From assembly GCF_013177435.1 (NCBI RefSeq), contig NZ_CP053627.1, forward strand, positions 2,610,001-2,642,000: 32,000 bases of DNA, written 5' to 3'. The DNA comes from Xylella taiwanensis. GTDB taxonomy: Bacteria; Pseudomonadota; Gammaproteobacteria; Xanthomonadales; Xanthomonadaceae. The notes below the pieces were generated by a model. The model saw nothing but the letters and a program-made list of their open reading frames with translations, ran no database searches and had not been told where the DNA came from. Shown here piece after piece: positions 25,987 to 32,000 of the stretch (the stretch's first letter is position 1; every line of letters begins with the position of its first letter). A program made the position numbers and the translations under genes.

Positions 25987-28413
25987 GTGGCATACCACGC
26001 AGAAGATGATTTCAACGAAGCGGCAAATGGCGACATGCAGGGGGATTCCCCCTGGTGGGGCTGGCTGATCGCTTGTGGCTTGGCAGGCTTGGCGCTTGCC
26101 CTGGGCTTCCTGATCCCTTACACGCTTTACCTTAATCAGCAGGTGACCGCACGCTTTGGCGAGCTGCGCTGGCAGATCCCGACCCGGGTCTATGCGCGGC
26201 CCTTGGTGCTGCAACCGGGCATAGCATTAGATGCACCCACGCTGAAGATCGAACTGGATGCAGCCTCCTATCGTGACGACAACCGTGGTGAGTTGCCAGG
26301 CACTTATCAACAACAGAATGGCCGCTTCACTGTCTCCAGCCGTGGCTACGTTGACGTGGATGGTGAGATACCAGCACGCCGTCTGATGATCACGCTGAGT
26401 AACGGCCAAGTCTCCGCACTGCGGAACCCAGATACACGTAAACCCATCAAGCGTGGGCGGCTGGACCCAGCACGGATTGCCACACTGTACGGCCAGAAGC
26501 AGGAAGAACGCCGTTTGGTCAGGTTACAAGAGGTTCCGCAACTGCTCGTCACCGGCTTACAGGTGGTGGAAGACCGTGATTTCCAACATCACCACGGCAT
26601 CGACGTCAGCAGTATTGTGCGCGCACTCTGGGTGATGTTGCGTTCCGGTGGTGGCGTTCGCCAAGGTGCCAGCACCCTGACGCAACAGCTGGCACGTAGC
26701 GGCCTGCTTGGTATTGGCAAAGAACAGACTTTGCGGCGCAAGTGTAATGAAATCTTGTATGCGCTGATCCTAGAGGCACGCTATTCCAAGCGCGTTATCC
26801 TGGAATCCTATCTCAACCAAGTCTACCTTGGTCAACGTGGCAGCCAAGCCGTGCATGGTGTCGCCACCGGCGCGGAGTTCTGGTTCGGACGTGAGCTCGG
26901 CTCGCTGACCACTGAGCAGGTGGCGTTGTTGATCGGACTCGTGAAAGGGCCGTCGTACTACGATCCACGCCGTTTCCCTGATCGCGCGCTGTCGCGGCGC
27001 AATTTCGTGCTTGGCAAGCTGCATCAAAGCAAGCTGATCGACGATGCTGAATACATGCGTGCACAGGCATCACCCCTCGGTGTACCAAAGGAACCTGGGC
27101 TGGTTGCAGCCAACCGCTTCCTGGCGTACCTCGACCTGGTGCGCCGCCAGCTCGCCCACGACTATCCCGAGAACGTGCTGCGTGGAGCTGGCATGACCGT
27201 CCTCACTGGCATGTCACCCGCGGCGCAGACCTACGCTGAAAACGGGGTGCGAAATACCCTTAATGGACTGGAGAGGGTGAAGGGCATGAAGCGTCCACCG
27301 CTGCAAGCCGGACTGGTACTGACCGACGTGCATAACGGTGACGTACTGGCCGTGGTCGGCAGTCGCGACGCAACTCAGTCAGGCTTTAACCGCGCACTCG
27401 AAGCCCAACGCCCAGTAGGTTCGCTGCTCAAACCGTTCGTCTACCTGCTGGCACTGGCCTCACCGGATCGTTGGTCCTTATCCAGCTGGGTGGAAGACAC
27501 ACCCGTCAGTGTGCCACTGGCGCATGGGCGTATTTGGTCACCAAGCAACTCGGACAACATCAGCCACGGGACGGTGCGCTTGATCGATGCATTGGCACAC
27601 TCGTACAACCAAGCAACCGTACGCATCGGCATGCAAGTCGGCCCAGAACGTGTGGCTCAACTGATTAACGTTCTGGCCGGATTAAAGGCCGACGCCAATC
27701 CATCGCTTATCCTTGGCGCAACCGACCAGAGTCCTTATGCGATGACGCAGCTCTATCAGTTCCTAGCCTCAGGGGGTGAAATCCAACCGTTGCACGCCGT
27801 ACGCGGTGTCCTTGATCCGCAGAACAAACTGCTCAAGCGCTATGACAATACACCGGCACCCGCACAGCCCGGTGACTCCGTCGCCGCCAACGTGATCAGC
27901 GTCGCCCTACAGGAAGTGGTCAACAGCGGTACCGCTCGACAACTGCTCAGCGACGGCTTGGGCCGGCTGTCGCCTGCCGGCAAGACCGGGACTTCTAACG
28001 ATGGCCGCGACAGCTGGTACGCGGGTTACACCGGGAACCACTTGGCTGTCATTTGGGTCGGTAACGACCAAAACGAGCAAACTGGCCTATACGGTGCCAC
28101 TGGTGCAATGCGCGTCTGGTCGAACATCTTCTCGCAACTGCCAAGCACAAGATTACAGGTCAACGGCAAAGGGCTGGATTGGCAGTCGGTCGAGCCCATG
28201 GGGATTGGCAGCACAGACGCAAACTGCCCAGGTGCGCGTCGGTTTCCGTTCGTGGCCGGCTTCGCTCCGGCTTATGCACCGTGTTCTGGTGCTGGTGGAA
28301 CATCTGAGGCCGGGCATAATGTCGGCTGGCGCAACTGGTTCGGGCTGGATAAGCAGAAGGGGGACCCAGCACCGCCCCCCACAACGCCTCCTCCTGAGCA
28401 ATCAACAGAATGA
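25987..28413 (+). CDS. mrcB: Penicillin-binding protein 1B (bifunctional glycosyltransferase/transpeptidase)
   Basis: 808-aa ORF with GTG start. Has an N-terminal TM helix and a UB2H-like insert before the GT51 domain. GT51 motifs EDRDFQHHHGID, GASTLTQQL, RKCNEILYALILE, ILESYLNQVYLG. Transpeptidase motifs SLLKP (SxxK) and KTGTSND. Confidence 0.93.
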   Translation: MAYHAEDDFNEAANGDMQGDSPWWGWLIACGLAGLALALGFLIPYTLYLNQQVTARFGELRWQIPTRVYARPLVLQPGIALDAPTLKIELDAASYRDDNRGELPGTYQQQNGRFTVSSRGYVDVDGEIPARRLMITLSNGQVSALRNPDTRKPIKRGRLDPARIATLYGQKQEERRLVRLQEVPQLLVTGLQVVEDRDFQHHHGIDVSSIVRALWVMLRSGGGVRQGASTLTQQLARSGLLGIGKEQTLRRKCNEILYALILEARYSKRVILESYLNQVYLGQRGSQAVHGVATGAEFWFGRELGSLTTEQVALLIGLVKGPSYYDPRRFPDRALSRRNFVLGKLHQSKLIDDAEYMRAQASPLGVPKEPGLVAANRFLAYLDLVRRQLAHDYPENVLRGAGMTVLTGMSPAAQTYAENGVRNTLNGLERVKGMKRPPLQAGLVLTDVHNGDVLAVVGSRDATQSGFNRALEAQRPVGSLLKPFVYLLALASPDRWSLSSWVEDTPVSVPLAHGRIWSPSNSDNISHGTVRLIDALAHSYNQATVRIGMQVGPERVAQLINVLAGLKADANPSLILGATDQSPYAMTQLYQFLASGGEIQPLHAVRGVLDPQNKLLKRYDNTPAPAQPGDSVAANVISVALQEVVNSGTARQLLSDGLGRLSPAGKTGTSNDGRDSWYAGYTGNHLAVIWVGNDQNEQTGLYGATGAMRVWSNIFSQLPSTRLQVNGKGLDWQSVEPMGIGSTDANCPGARRFPFVAGFAPAYAPCSGAGGTSEAGHNVGWRNWFGLDKQKGDPAPPPTTPPPEQSTE

Positions 28414-28961
28414 AAAGATCGTATGTTCGGTTCCGCACCTGGCTCATTATCATCATCATGACTGTGGCTCTTGCTGCTTGTATCAGCACACCACCACCGT
28501 CGATACCACCAGCCGCGACACCGACACCTGCGGACACCACAACTCCAGCGCAGCGTTTGGCTGCAGTCACCAAAATTGCGAGCGTTGACGACACCGAGTT
28601 GTTGGTGCAGCCGCTCCATGACCTGCAAATTGACGACCTGCGTAAGGCTGCAAAAGTCAAACGCGAGGCCGGCAATTTGGCTGCAGCCGCTGCTGAGCTT
28701 GACCACGCACTGGCACTCGTCGCCAACGATCCGGCAATGCTGCAGGAACGTGCCGAGATCGCCCTGCTGCAAGGTGACTGGGCGGGTGCCGAACACTACG
28801 CCGAGCGTGCGATCCGACTCGGCTCGAAGACCGGTCCGCTCTGCCGCCGCCACTGGGCCACGATCGAGCAAGCACGACTGGCGCGTGGCGAGACAGAGAA
28901 TGCATCCTCGGCATACGCACAGATTGAACGCTGCACTGTGCCAGGTATCAAACGTTACTGA
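28410..28961 (+). CDS. Outer-membrane lipoprotein with disordered Pro/Thr linker and TPR-like C-domain; LpoP-like candidate PBP1B activator
   Basis: 183-aa ORF with an ATGA overlap with the mrcB stop. Lipobox VALAAC at Cys24 with Ile at +2. Linker STPPPSIPPAATPTPADTTTPAQ. Helical repeat region AGNLAAAAAELDHALALVANDPAMLQERAEIALLQGDWAGAEHYAERAIRL. Confidence 0.7.
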   Translation: MKRSYVRFRTWLIIIIMTVALAACISTPPPSIPPAATPTPADTTTPAQRLAAVTKIASVDDTELLVQPLHDLQIDDLRKAAKVKREAGNLAAAAAELDHALALVANDPAMLQERAEIALLQGDWAGAEHYAERAIRLGSKTGPLCRRHWATIEQARLARGETENASSAYAQIERCTVPGIKRY

Positions 28962-29080
28962 ACCGTACCAACAGATAGGTACGCTTGGTCTACCATGGTG
29001 TTCCCGGACGTTGATGCGACTCCCCTGTCCTCCGCCACAATGTCGCTCTCCCGCGTATTTCCTGATCCTGTGCCGTAGCG

Positions 29081-31084
29081 ATGTCCCTGCTTGCCCAAAC
29101 TAGCATTGAGGCACTCAGCGATGGTGGTGTGCTGGCACGCCAGATCGATACATTTGTTCCGCGTCTGGGGCAACAACGTCTGACCGCAGCGATCGGCGAG
29201 GTATTTGAGCAACGCAACATACTGCTGGCTGAAGCAGGCACCGGCACTGGCAAGACCTTTGCTTACCTGGTACCGACGTTGCTATCAGGACTGAAGACCA
29301 TCATTTCCACCGGCACCCGCGCGCTACAGGAACAACTCTACTATCGCGATCTGCCACGGGTACGCGCTGCGCTCGGTGTTGACCTACGCAGTGCATTGCT
29401 TAAGGGCCGCACCAATTATTTGTGTAAATACCGTCTACAGCAGGCCTGCGGTGAGCCCCACCTGGGCACAGCAGAGCAGGCCGCTCAATTCCAGCACATC
29501 GTCGCCTGGAGCGACCACACGCTGTTCGGCGATATCGCCGAGTTGGACGTGTTGCCAGACGATTCACCGCTATTACCGCTGGTCACCTCCACGATTGACA
29601 ACTGTCTGGGCACGGACTGCCCATTCTGGGACGAATGTTTTGTCGTACAAGCGCGTCAGCGCGCCCAGGTTGCAGACGTGGTCGTGGTCAACCATCACCT
29701 GTTGCTGGCCGATTTAGCGCTCAAACAGGAGGGTTTTGGTGAGATATTGCCCGGCGCACAAGCATTTATCATTGACGAGGCGCACCAACTGCCAGGACTG
29801 GCTGCCAACTTCTTTGGCGAGAGTTTCGGCATGCGCCCGTTACAAGAACTGGTACGCGACTGCATGGTCGAAGCACGGTCGGTCGCTGGTGCCCAAGCCA
29901 CATTGCAAGATTCCGTCTGGCGCCTGGAACACACATTGCGCACGCTACGTGGGGCGATGGAAGGCTTACCATCACGCGGCACACAATGGCGCCTACTCGC
30001 TAACCCAGAGGTGCGCCACGGATTCGAGGCCGTTGTCACTGCACTGACATGTCTGCAATCCATGCTGGTCCCGCTGCGCACAGCCACACCCGGCTTGGAT
30101 GCCTGCGCCGCACGTGCCCAGGAGGGACTGTCCCGACTGTCACGTTGGCTTGGTGAGACTGTGGAAATCACGGCGTCTGAACCACCTACCTCCCCCAACA
30201 ACGACGTACTCTGGTATGAACTGACCCCACGTAGCTTTCGCTGTCAGCGCACCCCTCTGGATGTGTCAGCGCAATTGCAGGCACACCGTCAAGCATCAAT
30301 GGCCGCCTGGGTGTTCACCTCAGCAACATTGGCAGTGGATGGCACATTCGAACATATCGCACGACGCCTGGGCCTGAGCCACCCCATGACCCTGCTGCAA
30401 CCCAGTCCATTCGATTGGGCGCGGCAAGCATTATGCTATCTGCCTCCAGGGTTGCCTAATCCAGCGGCGTGCGGTTTCGGAATTGCTTTGATCACAACAT
30501 TAACTCCGGTGTTGGAAGCCTCCGCCGGACGTGCCTTTTTACTGTTCGCCTCACATCGCGCTTTGCGCGAGGCCGCCGCAGCGCTACGTGGCGGGCCGTG
30601 GCCGTTGTTCGTGCAGGGAGAGGCTCCGCGCGCCATACTCCTGGACCGCTTCCGGGTCTCCGGCAATGGGATATTGCTCGGTTCAGCAAGCTTCCGCGAA
30701 GGCGTGGATGTGGCAGGCGAAGCGTTGAGCGTGGTAGTGATTGACAAGTTACCGTTTACCGCACCGGACGACCCTGTATTCGAAGCGCGGCTGGAAGCCA
30801 TTCGCCACGAAGGTGGCAACCCATTCTTCGATGAACAATTGCCGCAGGCGGTCATCGCACTGAAGCAAGGTGTCGGCCGCCTCATTCGTAGCGAGTCCGA
30901 CCGCGGCGTGCTGGTGCTATGTGACCCGAGACTGCTGTCCAAAGGCTACGGACGGATATTTCTCGATTCGCTGCCATCGTTTCCGCATACCCGTGACATT
31001 GCTGCGGTACGCGCGTTTTTCAACGGCAGCGATACCGCCCTCACGGAATCACCGCACGACACCTCAACTCCACAGAGCCGATAA
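29081..31084 (+). CDS. DinG/YoaA-family (Rad3-like, Fe-S) ATP-dependent DNA helicase
   Basis: 667-aa ORF with Walker A AEAGTGTGKTFAYL, DEAH box IIDEAHQL, and a Cys cluster (NYLCKYRL ... DNCLGTDCPFWDEC). Its length is closer to YoaA than to DinG. Confidence 0.9.
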   Translation: MSLLAQTSIEALSDGGVLARQIDTFVPRLGQQRLTAAIGEVFEQRNILLAEAGTGTGKTFAYLVPTLLSGLKTIISTGTRALQEQLYYRDLPRVRAALGVDLRSALLKGRTNYLCKYRLQQACGEPHLGTAEQAAQFQHIVAWSDHTLFGDIAELDVLPDDSPLLPLVTSTIDNCLGTDCPFWDECFVVQARQRAQVADVVVVNHHLLLADLALKQEGFGEILPGAQAFIIDEAHQLPGLAANFFGESFGMRPLQELVRDCMVEARSVAGAQATLQDSVWRLEHTLRTLRGAMEGLPSRGTQWRLLANPEVRHGFEAVVTALTCLQSMLVPLRTATPGLDACAARAQEGLSRLSRWLGETVEITASEPPTSPNNDVLWYELTPRSFRCQRTPLDVSAQLQAHRQASMAAWVFTSATLAVDGTFEHIARRLGLSHPMTLLQPSPFDWARQALCYLPPGLPNPAACGFGIALITTLTPVLEASAGRAFLLFASHRALREAAAALRGGPWPLFVQGEAPRAILLDRFRVSGNGILLGSASFREGVDVAGEALSVVVIDKLPFTAPDDPVFEARLEAIRHEGGNPFFDEQLPQAVIALKQGVGRLIRSESDRGVLVLCDPRLLSKGYGRIFLDSLPSFPHTRDIAAVRAFFNGSDTALTESPHDTSTPQSR

Positions 31085-31103
31085 GCGATACAGGGTTGAA
31101 TAC

Positions 31104-31895
31104 TCAACCCGCACGCCAGCGCCAATGCCAAGGCTCATAGACAATCCCATGTGGATTGTTGCGAGGGAAGCTAAGGTGGAAGCCGAATGTCCTCGCGTGT
31201 CTCTGCAACCAAGCAAAAGCGGTAGTACGTTCAAAGCTTTCGTCGACAGGGGGCTCCCCAGGCATGCCAATATCGAGAGCCTCACCACTATGGTGTTCGC
31301 TGAAGCCAGGGGCTGCGTTAACAGTGAGGATCTGTGCCAGCGTTTGCCCTTGTGCAAGCTTGTGCTCAAAAATATCTAATTGATAAGCGTAGCTGCGGTA
31401 GCCGGAGATCGCATCAAGGAGGATACCATCGCGTACAGCGGCTTGGCACATCGTATGCCAAGCACGGGCTGCATTGATGGTGAGGCATAACGGACGTTTG
31501 TAGCGGTCACGGCCAGCATAGGTAAGCGCGGCTGGTTCTGACTCGATTGATAAACCAGTCGTGCGAGCGTATCTATCCGCATTGATGCCAAGCTTTAACA
31601 ACCTGGTTTTCAATTCGCTCAGCGATAGCGGGGGATCGTCCCTGAGCTGTGCACATGGGGACAGGGTGTCAGACTCATTCAGTGTGTCGCCGTTGGCGCT
31701 GGATGCATTCATAAGTAGTGATGCTACTTGCTGCATACCACGAACACCATCACTACCCAGCGAACTTGCTGATACCACAAGAAAAGCAATGGTCAAAGCG
31801 ACGATCAGTGCAATGTCGTACAACAAAGCCTTCCGTTTCCCTGATGGTTTTGGAACATTCTTGTGAGGAAGGCGAGGAGAGATCACCATCAGCAT
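31104..31895 (-). CDS. M15B (VanY-like) D-alanyl-D-alanine carboxypeptidase family protein
   Basis: Track ORF 31104..31991. Motifs SGYRSYAYQ, FSEHHSGEALDI, YEPWHWRW. ATG 31895 is preferred (MLMVISPRLP..., followed by TM helix LLYDIALIVALTIAFLVV). The start remains uncertain. Confidence 0.85.
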   Translation of the reverse strand: MLMVISPRLPHKNVPKPSGKRKALLYDIALIVALTIAFLVVSASSLGSDGVRGMQQVASLLMNASSANGDTLNESDTLSPCAQLRDDPPLSLSELKTRLLKLGINADRYARTTGLSIESEPAALTYAGRDRYKRPLCLTINAARAWHTMCQAAVRDGILLDAISGYRSYAYQLDIFEHKLAQGQTLAQILTVNAAPGFSEHHSGEALDIGMPGEPPVDESFERTTAFAWLQRHARTFGFHLSFPRNNPHGIVYEPWHWRWRAG

Positions 31896-32000
31896 GAATC
31901 TAAAGATGCTGCTACCAGTCACTCGATACGGTGTAGCACCTGAACACTGATTCAGGGTGTATTGATACAATATACGCACGCGACAACGCAAACCACCTTC

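Noticed and set aside
28001-29103. Overlapping ORFs 28001..28588, 28160..28726, 28272..28871 and 28471..29103 around the mrcB 3' end and the lipoprotein gene
   Set aside because: They are alternative frames of GC-rich DNA. The mrcB frame and the lipobox-containing frame (28410..28961) explain the region.
31896-31991. Extended start of the VanY-like ORF at 31991
   Set aside because: The extra 32 residues (MRCRVRILYQYTLNQ...) look non-native. An internal ATG at 31895 immediately precedes a basic stretch and a TM helix. The choice remains uncertain because neither start has a good SD.

Overview
The window looks like a gamma-proteobacterial chromosome segment. Xanthomonadaceae or Xylella-like is my guess from protein flavour, mixed GC and pseudogene load; it is not verified.

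Layout:
(1) 1-4409, minus strand: a tightly coupled type I R-M operon, hsdM, a second diverged hsdM, hsdS, then the start of hsdR. A decayed HTH gene lies upstream.
(2) 5.2-15.5 kb, the most interesting part: an AT-rich array of four signal-peptide paralogs. Two are long (one frameshifted) and two are short, and each has its own conserved leader. Two other small exported or membrane proteins are interspersed. Short 5' stubs that resemble M23-peptidase N-termini sit between the cassettes. The array leads directly into a 1493-aa RTX/T1SS-type protein whose N-terminus is an M23 peptidoglycan peptidase. Downstream lie the wrecks of a T1SS ABC gene and an HlyD gene. I read this as a candidate lytic RTX bacteriocin plus periplasmic immunity array that has lost its exporter.
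(3) A BI-1/YccA membrane protein, then a tRNA Pro-Arg-His-Lys cluster with a near-consensus promoter.
(4) A decayed mobile remnant after tRNA-Lys (serine recombinase and vapBC pseudogenes), then a divergent HxlR/SDR pair.
(5) Two glycosyltransferase genes, mrcB (PBP1B) coupled to an LpoP-like lipoprotein, a DinG/YoaA helicase, and a VanY-like M15 peptidase.

All calls come from reading translations and motifs. No database search was run.
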